Numbered from the stretch's first letter, positions 10,244 through 21,714 are shown. The stretch is 64,000 nt of DNA from Bdellovibrionales bacterium (GCA_040275305.1 JBEOJY010000022.1:3455-67454); one strand, 5' to 3'. The notes: a model not told the origin generated them from the sequence alone. A program made the numbers and translations.

Positions 10244-10804
10244 TCAAGCTGCTTCGGCAACTGTTTCCACAGAGTCGAAAAACGCCATAATTTCATCCAC
10301 CCAGTTTTCATGCATATCGCCATTTGAGGTGTAGATGTCGCGATCAAGCATCGTTGGCGTTTCCACGATCACGGCGCCAGCGGCCTTAAGCTCCGCATGA
10401 AGCTCCGCAGGCGCGGCGATTTCGCGTCCCGCGATTCTTGTCGACAAGGCCAATAGTCCAACGCCTGCTCCAAGCGCTGCGATCGGCTTGGAAGCATCAA
10501 GAAAATGACTTACGATGCGGCGCGTGTGTAGATTTCCCTTAAGTTTAGCCACCGCGCGTTCCCCGCCCGACAAGATCAACATGTCGAAATCGGAACCCAG
10601 CGTTTCGTTAATCTGCGCATCAATCGGGAAATGATGCCCCCATCCATTGCCGTGCCATCCGTTAACCACACCTTGCTCCGGCGCGATGGATTTAATATTC
10701 GCTTTTTCTTTAACCAGCGCACGCTGGATTTCGGTAACCTGATCTTCGTCGAAACCGTTTGCAATCAATATGGCAATTTTCCTGCCTGCGAGCCGTGAGG
10801 GCAT
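10244..10804 (-). CDS. DJ-1/PfpI family protein lacking the catalytic Cys
   Basis: GRKIAILIANGF, FDMLILSGGE, KPIAALGAG where the family has AICHG. Confidence 0.8.
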   Translation of the reverse strand: MPSRLAGRKIAILIANGFDEDQVTEIQRALVKEKANIKSIAPEQGVVNGWHGNGWGHHFPIDAQINETLGSDFDMLILSGGERAVAKLKGNLHTRRIVSHFLDASKPIAALGAGVGLLALSTRIAGREIAAPAELHAELKAAGAVIVETPTMLDRDIYTSNGDMHENWVDEIMAFFDSVETVAEAA

Positions 10805-11121
10805 GTCTTTTCTATCTCCTTAGAACTATTGTGTATTCTTGCGTGATGTGGGAGTGATTACGATGTCCGTCTATCCGAACTGATGGCTGTGGCGGGTTTC
10901 GCTTAAAGCCATATTTGACGATGCGCTTCTGCTCGTCCCTATTTTGTGCGCCCTATATGGCACATAACAATTCGAATTGAAATACTTTATTTACTTTCTG
11001 GATGCAGTCTTTAACGGCCTGTTGCGCGATAGTCGCACCCGGAACGGTTTCCCGCTTTCCTGCCTCGTTGCGTTATGGCAGCATCTGGCGGCAGTCACCT
11101 TCATAAAGGCACTATCCAGAC

Positions 11122-12129
11122 ATGTCTCAGCCTATCGTTCTTACAGGGATCAAACCGACCGGCATTCCACATCTTGGAAATTATGTCGGCGCTATCAAAC
11201 CCGCCATCGCCCTGTCGCGCGAGGGCGGGCGGACATTCATGTTCATCGCGGATTATCATGCGCTGAATCAGGTGCATGACGCGGCGCAACTGACGCAGTT
11301 TTCGCGCACCATCGCGGCGACGTTTCTCGCGCTGGGACTTGATCCAGAACGCACAATTTTCTATCGCCAGTCGGACATTCCGGAGATACCGGAATTCGCC
11401 ACGATCTTAAGCGCCGTGACGCCCAAGGGCCTTATGAACCGTTCGCATGCCTATAAAGCGGAGCTTGACCGCAATTCGCAAGCAGGCAAGGAGGATCTCG
11501 ATATCGGGATTAACATGGGGCTGTATACCTATCCGATCCTGATGTCGGCGGATATTCTTCTGTTCGACACCGATCTTGTGCCGGTCGGCAAGGATCAGGT
11601 GCAGCATGTCGAATTCGCCCGCGATATCGCGGGACATTTCAACCGCTATTACGGCGAAATCCTGAAGCTCCCGGCGCATGTCATCTCGGCGCAGGCCGCG
11701 AACATCCCCGGTCTTGACGGGCGTAAGATGAGCAAAAGCTATAATAACATCATTCCCTTGTTCGAGGAACCTGCGGCGCTTAAGAAGCTCATTATGAAAA
11801 TCGCGACGGATTCAAAACGGCCAGAAGAGCCGAAAGATCCTGACAATTCTACGCTGTTCCAACTCTATACTCAGTTCGCCAGCGAGGATCGCGTCGTAGA
11901 GCTGCGCAATGCGTTCTTGAAGGGCGGCATGGGTTATGGAGAGGCCAAGAATCTTCTGTTCGAGGCGATTGATTCCACCCTGTCGGAGCCGCGCCGCATC
12001 TTCGGCGAGCTGATGCGCGACACGGCGAGGCTTAACGCTATCCTTAAGGCTGGCGCGGAGAAGGCCCGCGCTATCGCTACGCCGAATTTACGCAAGGTGC
12101 GGGAGGCTATAGGCGTGCGGCCTTTGTGA
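11122..12129 (+). CDS. trpS: Tryptophan--tRNA ligase
   Basis: TGIKPTG..HLGN (HIGH-like), VPVGKDQ, KMSKS. Confidence 0.96.
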   Translation: MSQPIVLTGIKPTGIPHLGNYVGAIKPAIALSREGGRTFMFIADYHALNQVHDAAQLTQFSRTIAATFLALGLDPERTIFYRQSDIPEIPEFATILSAVTPKGLMNRSHAYKAELDRNSQAGKEDLDIGINMGLYTYPILMSADILLFDTDLVPVGKDQVQHVEFARDIAGHFNRYYGEILKLPAHVISAQAANIPGLDGRKMSKSYNNIIPLFEEPAALKKLIMKIATDSKRPEEPKDPDNSTLFQLYTQFASEDRVVELRNAFLKGGMGYGEAKNLLFEAIDSTLSEPRRIFGELMRDTARLNAILKAGAEKARAIATPNLRKVREAIGVRPL

Positions 12130-12198
12130 CGGGACTGCGCCGCGCCATCTGAGAAAAATACCCAGCTTTTGAAACGGGGTGGGTATAGTATAGTTATT

Positions 12199-12428
12199 GT
12201 AACTTCCAAGGCAGGGGAGAAGAATCAAATAGCGGCATGATTGAAGACTAAAGCGGGAAAGCCTAGCGGCCAGCGTCATCGCGAGGAGCCGCAGGCGACG
12301 TGGCAATCCAGAATCACAAGCGCTGCCCCGTGGGACTCTGGATCGCCACGTCGCCTGCGGCTCCTCGCGATGACGGCCCTTGTTGCTATGAATATCTTGG
12401 TTTGCCAAGAGGAGCGCTTGGGAGTCAC
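12199..12428. mobile_element. MITE-like element (GTAACTTCCAAG-TIR family) enclosing a long REP hairpin
   Basis: gtaacttccaag ... cttgggagtcac ends. Internal 12274..12375 is a near-perfect long inverted repeat (cgtcatcgcgaggagccgcaggcgacgtggc...). Confidence 0.65.
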
Positions 12429-12547
12429 TACTTATCGCAGTTCAAGAGTTGGCAAACATTGACGCAAGACGGGCTAGCTTTAGGACTATTTCCAATTCTT
12501 GAACTGTAATGGGCATACACTTGTTGTGGCGTTGAGGAGTGTTGCGA

Positions 12548-13777
12548 ATGCGCATTTTAGAAACTGGCGACAGCAGTTTGTTTCCGTCCGATCTTGTGCG
12601 CGAGCAGGATTTCATTTTGCGCGTCCGGCGCTTTCAGCGGCTTGGCACTGCGCATTTTATTGCCAATCTTGCCTTGACAAGTCTGGCCCCTCTTGCCAAC
12701 AGCACGCGCTCGCTTGAGGCCGCGCAAGACAAGCTCCGCGAATTTGCCAAAGTTACACGGGGTTTTTTCACCGACATGTCGAACGGGGATGTGTTCATTT
12801 CTTGGGAAGGCAATGCGGATACCCGCACGATCATTTCACGCCTTAGCGACCTGTTGCCCCCGGAGACGACAAAAGCGGGAGACGGAAAGGGGTGGATTTC
12901 GCTTTTTACTCTGCCCGCCGACTATACCAAGCTGCGCGAGCGCGTGAATTACTATGTCGATATCGCGCGCACGCAATCCAAGATCGACGCCAACGGCAAG
13001 CCTTCGCGCATCCTTCAAAGCGAAGCGGCACGGGGGCCTTTGACGGCGTGGAACGTCGATCAGATCGGCAAGCTGCTGGGCGATATCGACCTCAGCCGCT
13101 ATATCCGTATTCAGCCGATTTATAGACGCAAAGGCGAACATAGCTGGGAGTCGGTCAGCGAAGAGTTTTTCATCAGCTTCGAGGAATTGAAGCGCGAGCG
13201 CTTTCCACATGTCGATTTGTCCGCGTCCGAGCATCTGTTTCTCGCGCTGTGCGAAACGCTTGATCAGCAATTCCTGTCGGATCTTTGCTGGCATCGCGAC
13301 TTGATCGAGGGCCGCAATGTCAACCTCAACTTGTCGATCTCTTCGGTTGTCGGCAACGTCTTCACCCAATTCGCCCACGGCATCCCGCACGGCCAGCGCG
13401 CGCGTATTTGCTTCGAGATCCATCGCGGCGATTTGTTTCAGGATTTCACGCGCACGATGGGCGTTTTGGACACGCTCAAGAAGGAGGGTTTCCATGTCGC
13501 CATCGACGGCATTACGCCCGACATGCTGCGTTGCCTTGACGTGACCGCGCTGGGCGCAGATTTTATTAAGATCAATGTTTCCCGCGACCGCGCCGCGCTG
13601 GTTTCAGAGTCTGCCGTACTTAAGAAGATGGCGTTGATCCCTCCGGAGAAGCTGGTTTTTTTCCGTTGCGACAACAATCAAGCGCTGGAGGCAGGCGTCA
13701 AGCTCGGTATCACGCTGTTTCAGGGGTGGTTGATCGACGACGACGCGCATCCGCATCCGGAAAAAACAAAAAAATAG
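12548..13777 (+). CDS. Degenerate EAL-domain protein
   Basis: C-terminal IQPIY, NLNLS, CFEIH, GFHVAIDG and DFIKI align with the EAL barrel; EAL and DDFGTG motifs are altered. SD GAGGAG before ATG 12548. Confidence 0.7.
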   Translation: MRILETGDSSLFPSDLVREQDFILRVRRFQRLGTAHFIANLALTSLAPLANSTRSLEAAQDKLREFAKVTRGFFTDMSNGDVFISWEGNADTRTIISRLSDLLPPETTKAGDGKGWISLFTLPADYTKLRERVNYYVDIARTQSKIDANGKPSRILQSEAARGPLTAWNVDQIGKLLGDIDLSRYIRIQPIYRRKGEHSWESVSEEFFISFEELKRERFPHVDLSASEHLFLALCETLDQQFLSDLCWHRDLIEGRNVNLNLSISSVVGNVFTQFAHGIPHGQRARICFEIHRGDLFQDFTRTMGVLDTLKKEGFHVAIDGITPDMLRCLDVTALGADFIKINVSRDRAALVSESAVLKKMALIPPEKLVFFRCDNNQALEAGVKLGITLFQGWLIDDDAHPHPEKTKK

Positions 13778-13786
13778 AGCGCGCAT

Positions 13787-14740
13787 ATGCCCTTATCACC
13801 CCCCATCATCACGCTGACGATCAGCGAGGAACTGGTCGGTCAGAGGCTGGACAAAGCGCTTACAGGGCTGCTTGGGGCAGAATCGCAGGGCCTTTCGCGC
13901 GCCAGACTCCAGTCGTTGATTGATCACAAACATGTTTTGGATGCAGGCAAGCCCGTTCTTCAGGCAAGTCGCAGGGTCAAGGCCGGGGAAACGTTCACTA
14001 TCGAGCTGCCGGAGCCGGAGCCAGCCGGGCCGATCGCGCAGAAGATGGATTTGAAGATCGTGTTCGAAGACAAAGACGTCATCGTTATCGACAAGCCTGC
14101 GGGGATGGTCGTGCATCCCGCACCCGGCAATCGCGACAAGACGCTGGTCAATGCCCTGCTCGCGCATTGCGGCGAGAGTTTGAGCGGCGTCGGCGGCGTC
14201 GCACGTCCGGGGATCGTGCATCGGCTGGACAAGGACACCAGCGGTTTGATGGTCGTCGCCAAGAACGATATGGCGCATCAGGGACTTGCGGCGCAATTCG
14301 CGGATCGCAGTTTAAGCCGCACTTATCACGCCATCATTCATGGCGTCCCGACGCCACGCGCAGGTATCATCGACGCGCCGATAGGACGGCACCCACGCGA
14401 CCGAAAGAAAATGACCGTCATCGGCAAAGGGCGCGTCGCCGTCACGCATTACAAGGTGATTGAAGCGTTCGGAACTTTGGCCAGTCTGGTCGAGTGCTCG
14501 TTGGAGACGGGACGCACACACCAGATCCGTGTGCATCTGGCGCATATCAAACACCCGGTGCTGGGCGATCCCGTCTATGGCCAGCGCGGGGCCGCTAAGA
14601 AAGGGATTCCGGCCTTTCCCCGGCAGGCGCTGCACGCGATCGGGTTGCGTTTCGCGCATCCTCGTAACGGAAAAGCGATGACTTTCACCTCATCATTTCC
14701 GAAGGATATGCGGGACCTATTGCGCAACTTTTGCTTATGA
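13787..14740 (+). CDS. rluD: RluA/RluD family 23S rRNA pseudouridine synthase
   Basis: N-terminal S4 domain (RLDKAL, SRARLQ), DKPAGMVVHP, HRLDKDTSG, LETGRTHQIRVH. Confidence 0.92.
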   Translation: MPLSPPIITLTISEELVGQRLDKALTGLLGAESQGLSRARLQSLIDHKHVLDAGKPVLQASRRVKAGETFTIELPEPEPAGPIAQKMDLKIVFEDKDVIVIDKPAGMVVHPAPGNRDKTLVNALLAHCGESLSGVGGVARPGIVHRLDKDTSGLMVVAKNDMAHQGLAAQFADRSLSRTYHAIIHGVPTPRAGIIDAPIGRHPRDRKKMTVIGKGRVAVTHYKVIEAFGTLASLVECSLETGRTHQIRVHLAHIKHPVLGDPVYGQRGAAKKGIPAFPRQALHAIGLRFAHPRNGKAMTFTSSFPKDMRDLLRNFCL

Positions 14741-15205
14741 CCCGGTCTGGGCACGGAGCATCCAGATCGTCTTGTCATGGACTGCGAGGCGGCCGATTAA
14801 CATATCCTCGGTCGCGCGGTCTTCGACTTCTTCGGCGAAGGCGCGGGCTTCCTCGATCCGGCCGCGGGTTTTCTCGTGCGATTTGAGCAAGTCCTTCACC
14901 ATCGCGGGAGCCGTCATCGGGTCGCTGTCGGATTCTTCAATCACCGTGTTATCGCGGAAGGCTTCGGTGCTGCCGGGGGCCGGGAAGTCCAGCGCGCGGA
15001 TACGCTCGGCCAGCTCGTCAGCCGCCGCGAAAAGCTCTGTATATTGCTCTCCAAACAAGGCGTGGAGTTGGGGAAACAACGGTCCTGTCACGTTCCAGTG
15101 GTAACCGTGGGTTTTGATCATGAGCAAATAGGTGTCGCTGAGCACGTCGATCAGGTGTTCGGCCATCTGGGCATCGGCGTTATGGGCGGGTTTCTTGGGA
15201 GGCAT
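14735..15205 (-). CDS. dps: Dps family ferritin-like DNA-protecting protein
   Basis: KTHGYHWNVTGPLFPQLHALF..QY...DELAERIRAL. Confidence 0.95.
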   Translation of the reverse strand: MPPKKPAHNADAQMAEHLIDVLSDTYLLMIKTHGYHWNVTGPLFPQLHALFGEQYTELFAAADELAERIRALDFPAPGSTEAFRDNTVIEESDSDPMTAPAMVKDLLKSHEKTRGRIEEARAFAEEVEDRATEDMLIGRLAVHDKTIWMLRAQTGS

Positions 15206-15260
15206 TGCGGGTTCCTTTCAAAAGAAGTATCCATCTTTACATTAGGCTTCTGCTCGGCGT

Positions 15261-16634
<1,374 letters not shown>

Positions 16635-16666
16635 TTATTCTCGATTCTCGTTTGTACTTTGTGGGT

Positions 16667-17209
16667 ATGATTAAATATATTTATGCAATCGCTTGTTGTC
16701 TTGTTGTTTGCGTCACGTCTTCTCTTCCGGCGATCGCGCAGACGCCTGATGCGAATAGTGGTGCGGGGCATCCGAAAGTGCTGGCTAATGGATTTGCACA
16801 TATGGTCCTGCAGGAGGGTGTGTATGCGTGCGCCGAGCGTGTCAATCAGGTCACCACGTTTTTGGGCGGCATAGCTGGCTCAAGCGGAGGCGTTGCGATG
16901 ATTCGTCCAGATCAACCCAATTCGCGCCTGTTTCCGCTTTCCATGGAAGTGCAAACCGAGACGGGCAGCGCATTCGCATCCGCATCTTTTGCCCCTAATC
17001 AGGCCAACGGGTGCGGCGCAGCATATGACGCGGTGGTTTACTGGCCCCAAAATTGTCTCACAGTCGCGGCCTTGCGTTTCGGCGCTTTCAAGAAAAGCGG
17101 TTTGCTTGGGAAAAACATAGTCGTTCTTGACGGCGGCAATACGACGAAAGTTTTTCTAATGCCCGCCGATACCGGATGCGTCTCGATTAAGCAAGAGGTC
17201 ATTATGTAA
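16667..17209 (+). CDS. Secreted hypothetical protein with four Cys in the mature part
   Basis: Signal peptide ending AIA|Q; ASASFAPNQANGCGAAY..VVYWP; lies about 45 bp upstream of the adhesin on the same strand. Confidence 0.8.
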   Translation: MIKYIYAIACCLVVCVTSSLPAIAQTPDANSGAGHPKVLANGFAHMVLQEGVYACAERVNQVTTFLGGIAGSSGGVAMIRPDQPNSRLFPLSMEVQTETGSAFASASFAPNQANGCGAAYDAVVYWPQNCLTVAALRFGAFKKSGLLGKNIVVLDGGNTTKVFLMPADTGCVSIKQEVIM

Positions 17210-17254
17210 CGGTCGGCATTATGCCTGCCGACCACTTTCCGTTGAGGATTACCT

Positions 17255-18508
17255 ATGTCTGTACGCCTTCTGGTTTGTTCCCTCTTGTGCTGTGTCGTTG
17301 CCTTGGCGGGCTTCTTGCCAGCGCGAGCTTATGCACAAAACGCGGTTGACAACACCAACGCTGTGGCCACGAGCCTTAATGCTGGGACGGGCACAGCAAC
17401 AAGTATCGGAAATTCGGCAGGAACAACAGTCAATGGCCCTGCCACGATCAACGGCACGCTTTCGCAAACCGGCAATACCAGCATCAACACTTCCGGGGTG
17501 GGCACAACCACAATCGGCGATTCGGTAAACACCACCAATATTCAAAGCATCACCACGAATATCGGGGCGGGCACAGACAGCAACGCAATCAACATTGGAA
17601 ACTTAAACGCCACAAATACCATCAATGGCACCACCAGCATTAATAACAATGTCAACGCCAACACAAACATCAATACGGGATCCACTTCCGGAAACGTGAG
17701 CATCGGGGGCACGGGCAACACGACGACTATTCAGAGCGCCGTCGCCCGTATCGGAGCAGGCAGTAGTTCGACATCCACCACTATTGGAAATTCAGTTTCC
17801 GGGACGCTGGTTCAGCTTCAAAGCAACAATGCAAGCGTTTCTGTCAACAGCACCAGCGTTGGTTCCGGCATCACGGGGGGAACGGCCACAGTAGGAAGCG
17901 GTACGACCTCTTCGCAGTCTTATCTTGCAAACAGTGGAGGCGCTGGCGTTCAGATTGGCAGCAACGGTCATCTGACTTCAGCCACAACCTCGGAGGCGAC
18001 CGCAGCAATGGTGGTTACTAATGGCATTGGCAACATGCACGGTTTTGTCGTTACGGAACACGCTGCCGTTGTGTCTGGCGGCACGACATCAAACAGCATG
18101 ACCATTAACGACGATGGCGCAAGTTTTGCGAACAGCGACACAGGCGCGCCGATCAAAGTTACAGGCGTCGCGAACGGCACGAGCCAGTACGATGCAGCAA
18201 ATTATGGGCAAGTTTCCAGACTGACGAGTTCCGTTAATGATCTTGATAACAAAGTCGATACGCTTCACAAGAACATGGCAGGCGGCATCGCATCGGTCGC
18301 CGCAATGTCCGCGCTTCCCGGTTTGGAAAAAGGCAAAAAGTACGCTATCGGGATGGGAACAGGTTATTTCGATTCTCAGGCAGGTTTTGCGCTTGGTTTT
18401 ATCGGTCGTTTCAACAAGAAGGTTGTCGGCAGAATCGGCCTTGCAATGTCGCCTACTTCGCCGGAGACAAACACCGTAGCAAATGCTGGCATTTCCTATG
18501 CTTGGTGA
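17255..18508 (+). CDS. YadA-like trimeric autotransporter adhesin
   Basis: Signal peptide; N/T/S/G-rich beta repeats; neck IKVTGVANGTSQYDAANYGQ; coiled-coil stalk; anchor GGIASVAAM...G.G.F...AGISYAW. Confidence 0.9.
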   Translation: MSVRLLVCSLLCCVVALAGFLPARAYAQNAVDNTNAVATSLNAGTGTATSIGNSAGTTVNGPATINGTLSQTGNTSINTSGVGTTTIGDSVNTTNIQSITTNIGAGTDSNAINIGNLNATNTINGTTSINNNVNANTNINTGSTSGNVSIGGTGNTTTIQSAVARIGAGSSSTSTTIGNSVSGTLVQLQSNNASVSVNSTSVGSGITGGTATVGSGTTSSQSYLANSGGAGVQIGSNGHLTSATTSEATAAMVVTNGIGNMHGFVVTEHAAVVSGGTTSNSMTINDDGASFANSDTGAPIKVTGVANGTSQYDAANYGQVSRLTSSVNDLDNKVDTLHKNMAGGIASVAAMSALPGLEKGKKYAIGMGTGYFDSQAGFALGFIGRFNKKVVGRIGLAMSPTSPETNTVANAGISYAW

Positions 18509-18692
18509 AGGCGAAGAAGCTGGAAGTTCTAGGGTATTGTTTACGCAGCTTATCCGCAGTTCTGGCTTTCGCCGCAGCGACTTTGCAAACATCCTCTAAT
18601 GGTAGGCAGAAAATTGTTATTCCGCGTTTTCTGCGGCGTCAAGCGCAGTTGTTCTAGTTATCGATGTCTATCCGCACCGCGCAATCTTCAGA

Positions 18693-20201
18693 TCACTGAA
18701 AAGCCGTTTCCGAGAACGAGCGCAGTTTGCGGCTGTGGAGCGGCTCGATACCGGTTTCGCGCAGGATCTCCATGGCGCGGACGCCTATGCGCAGATGTTG
18801 GTCGACCTGCTGGCGGTAGAAGCTGTTGGCCATGCCGGGCAGTTTGATTTCGCCGTGCAAAGGGCGGTCGGAGACGCAGAGCAACGCGCCATAGGGCACG
18901 CGGAAGCGGAATCCGTTCGCGGCGATGACGGCGGATTCCATATCGAGCGCGACGGCGCGACTTTGGTTGAAGCGCTCGATCTGGCGCGGATAGACGCCGA
19001 TTTCCCAATTGCGGTTGTCGGTCGTCACGACGGTTCCGGTGCGCACCACGGATTTCAGCGCGTAGCCTTCGTAGCCTGTGACGCTCGCGACGGCTCCCTC
19101 GATCGCGCGTTGCACTTCCGCCAGCGCGGGAACGGGAACCCAGAGCGGCAATTCGTCGTCGAGGACATGATCGTCACGGACGTAGGCGTGCGCGAGCACA
19201 TAGTCGCCAAGACGCTGGGTGTCGCGTAGGCCCGCGCAATGGCCCAACATGATCCATGCGTGCGGGCGGATGACGGCAAGGTGGTCGGAGATGGTTCTCG
19301 CATTGCTGGGGCCGACGCCGATGTTGACGATCGAAATGCCATTGCGGTCGTCGCGCATCAAATGCCAAGCGGGCATTTGCGGCATTTGCGCCGCGAGGCA
19401 GCCTTCCGGCTCGCGCGGCGCGATGTTGGCGTTATAGATCTTGTAGCCTCCCGGCGCGGCCAACGCGGCATATTGCCGTCGGTAGGCGGATTGCGCGGGG
19501 TCTTGCACCTTGCCCATGATCTCCATGGCCATGCGCATAAACTCGTCTACATAAAACTGGTAATTCGTGAAAATTACGAAGTTTTGGAAATTGCCCGGAT
19601 CTCCGCCCGTGTAGTGCCTGAGGCGATGCAGCGAGAAATCCACGCGTGGCGCCGTAAAGAGCGATAGCGGCGTGTCGCCGTTCGGCGCAGCCGCGCAGGC
19701 TCCGTTCGCGATGCCATCGTCCATGGCCGACAGGTCCGGCAGATCGAACAGGCGGCGCATAAGGTCTATACGCGCGGGGTCTAGCCCTGCTTCCATATGC
19801 AGGCCGTCGTTAAAAACAAAGTGGATGGGAATGGGCGTTTCGCTGACGCCAATTTCAATCGGCACCTGATGATGGCGCAGCAGCAAGGCGAACTGCGTCT
19901 CGTAGTAACGCTCGAACAAGTCGGGCCGCGTCAGCGTCGTGCTGTAGCGTCCCGGCCCTTGCACAAATCCGTAGGATTGCCGCGTGTCGATATGCGTCGG
20001 GCGCTCGGTCGTGATGGCGACGTAGGGATAACAGGCTGAAACATAATCCTCGGCTCCCTTCCCGTTCGCAAGGCACAGGAAGGCTTCGCGTAGATAGGAC
20101 GTGTTCGCGTCATATAGCGTCCGCACATGGCTCATGGCCTGCTGCGCATCGGTGAACAGCCGCGCGTCTCGCGGCGATGTGGGGAGATGTGGGGCTAGCA
20201 T
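18693..20201 (-). CDS. amn: AMP nucleosidase
   Basis: VIFTNYQFYV, QMPAWHL, ISIVNIGVGPSNA, MLGHCAGL, ALDMESA, GALLCVSDRPLHGEIKLPG. Confidence 0.95.
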   Translation of the reverse strand: MLAPHLPTSPRDARLFTDAQQAMSHVRTLYDANTSYLREAFLCLANGKGAEDYVSACYPYVAITTERPTHIDTRQSYGFVQGPGRYSTTLTRPDLFERYYETQFALLLRHHQVPIEIGVSETPIPIHFVFNDGLHMEAGLDPARIDLMRRLFDLPDLSAMDDGIANGACAAAPNGDTPLSLFTAPRVDFSLHRLRHYTGGDPGNFQNFVIFTNYQFYVDEFMRMAMEIMGKVQDPAQSAYRRQYAALAAPGGYKIYNANIAPREPEGCLAAQMPQMPAWHLMRDDRNGISIVNIGVGPSNARTISDHLAVIRPHAWIMLGHCAGLRDTQRLGDYVLAHAYVRDDHVLDDELPLWVPVPALAEVQRAIEGAVASVTGYEGYALKSVVRTGTVVTTDNRNWEIGVYPRQIERFNQSRAVALDMESAVIAANGFRFRVPYGALLCVSDRPLHGEIKLPGMANSFYRQQVDQHLRIGVRAMEILRETGIEPLHSRKLRSFSETAFQ

Positions 20202-20264
20202 AAGGCGATATCCTGTCGGGGGTCAGGTTAGCTTGATGCAAGCGATTCGTCCAAAGGGAACCTG

Positions 20265-20861
20265 TCAAGATAGCGCGGGAGAAAACGAAAGCTGTTTTCT
20301 TCGCCACAGCAGCATTGCCACCAAGACCGCGTCGCAAATGCAAAAGGACAGAGGATAGATCATCGTCACAACCGAGTAGTGATCCAGCGCCCAGAGACTG
20401 ACGACCGCCTTGAGACAGCCGACAAGGAAGGCGTAAATCATTTCCTCGTGCGGGAGAGACCAGCTCTTGCGGAAGGTCGGGGCGTAACCGACAATATTGA
20501 CGAACGTCACAAGCGCGACCGACCACAGCGGGTCGCGCGTCACCAGCCACAACGGGATGGCAGACAACGCAACCGACAAGGCTATCCAGTCGCTTCGCCT
20601 TATCTGGCGACACTTTCTGCACCCGTTATAGGACAATGCCGCGATCAGGAAACTGGCAAGCGCTATGACTCCGGTCGCCCAAGCGCCGGGGCCGCCGCCA
20701 TCCGCGAGCTGGCCCAAGAAAGCTACGCTTGCCGTGATGCCCCATATCAGACGAGAAAACGCATGAGGTTTCGCAGTTCCCTTGCTTATTGCATGAAGAT
20801 ATGGCGCATAATGCGCAACGCTGATTAGTAGCGAAAGAATACCTATTGTTTCTTTATCCAT
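20265..20861 (-). CDS. Multi-pass membrane protein of unknown function (possibly PQ-loop/SWEET-like)
   Basis: About six or seven hydrophobic segments; repeated YAPY / YAPT motifs in the two halves. Confidence 0.7.
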   Translation of the reverse strand: MDKETIGILSLLISVAHYAPYLHAISKGTAKPHAFSRLIWGITASVAFLGQLADGGGPGAWATGVIALASFLIAALSYNGCRKCRQIRRSDWIALSVALSAIPLWLVTRDPLWSVALVTFVNIVGYAPTFRKSWSLPHEEMIYAFLVGCLKAVVSLWALDHYSVVTMIYPLSFCICDAVLVAMLLWRRKQLSFSPALS

Positions 20862-20997
20862 GGCAATATGCCTTGTGCGCAAATAATGCAGACAAGGTAC
20901 ACGTTAATTATCTAGATACCGTGTAGATTAGGCGCAATCGATGATATTTCGCGTTCGTTACGTCTTTGCTTTTCAGGCTTTTTGCGGTTCAGATTCT

Positions 20998-21215
20998 GTA
21001 ACTTCCAAGCCGTTCCATCGAGGGGTGCCGTCATTCCGGCGAAAGCCGGGATCCAGTTGCGAGCGGCGGCGAGCGGAAGAGTCATGAAATATAAGCAAGA
21101 ATCGATGCTTAAACATGACTCTCTCGCCGCGTGGACACGCGGCGCTGGATCCCGGCTTTCGCCGGGATGACGCTCGTTGCTATGTTGGTCTTGATGCTGG
21201 CAGCTTGGCAGTTAC
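20998..21215. mobile_element. MITE-like element (GTAACTTCCAAG-TIR family) with cgtcattccggcgaaagccggga cargo
   Basis: gtaacttccaagc ... gcttggcagttac ends (one mismatch). Internal palindrome 21029..21172 is related to 53241..53375. Confidence 0.65.
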
Positions 21216-21229
21216 CAAATTTTCTGCCC

Positions 21230-21619
21230 TTAACCCAGCGTTAACTTTTGAGAATTTGTCGCTTGGTTGGTTGGGGGCGCGATTATTGCTGGCGCCGTGG
21301 GTTGTCGGCTTGCCTTTTCGGGCTGGGCTAGGGCACTTCCCATGTGATTCACTTGCATGGCGCCTGTCGTCATTCCTGCGCAAAGGCCTAAAGCAAGGGC
21401 TAATGGCCTTATTCTATGTGGGTTTACAACTTTTGATGCAGCGATCAACGCTATTGCCGAGACTATGGCTGCGCTACCGGCCAGATTGCGCATATCTGGC
21501 GATGCCGTTACCGGAAGTCCTGCGCATATGATGCTGCCCGTTACACCGGCCAGACTGCCAGCCGCAATGTTGCAAGCTGTGGATAGCGCGTCAAAGCGCA
21601 ATACAATTTCCGACTTCAT
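21230..21619 (-). CDS. Orphan membrane protein
   Basis: SD AAAGGA before ATG 21619; three hydrophobic Gly/Ala-rich segments followed by a polar tail. Confidence 0.6.
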   Translation of the reverse strand: MKSEIVLRFDALSTACNIAAGSLAGVTGSIICAGLPVTASPDMRNLAGSAAIVSAIALIAASKVVNPHRIRPLALALGLCAGMTTGAMQVNHMGSALAQPEKASRQPTAPAIIAPPTNQATNSQKLTLG

Positions 21620-21714
21620 AATACTTTCCTTTGTTTGTATATAATATTCTCTATCTAACAATTGTGTATAAGGCTGCCTGTTCTTTAGTCAAGCCTGCTT
21701 TTCCTGTAATGTTT

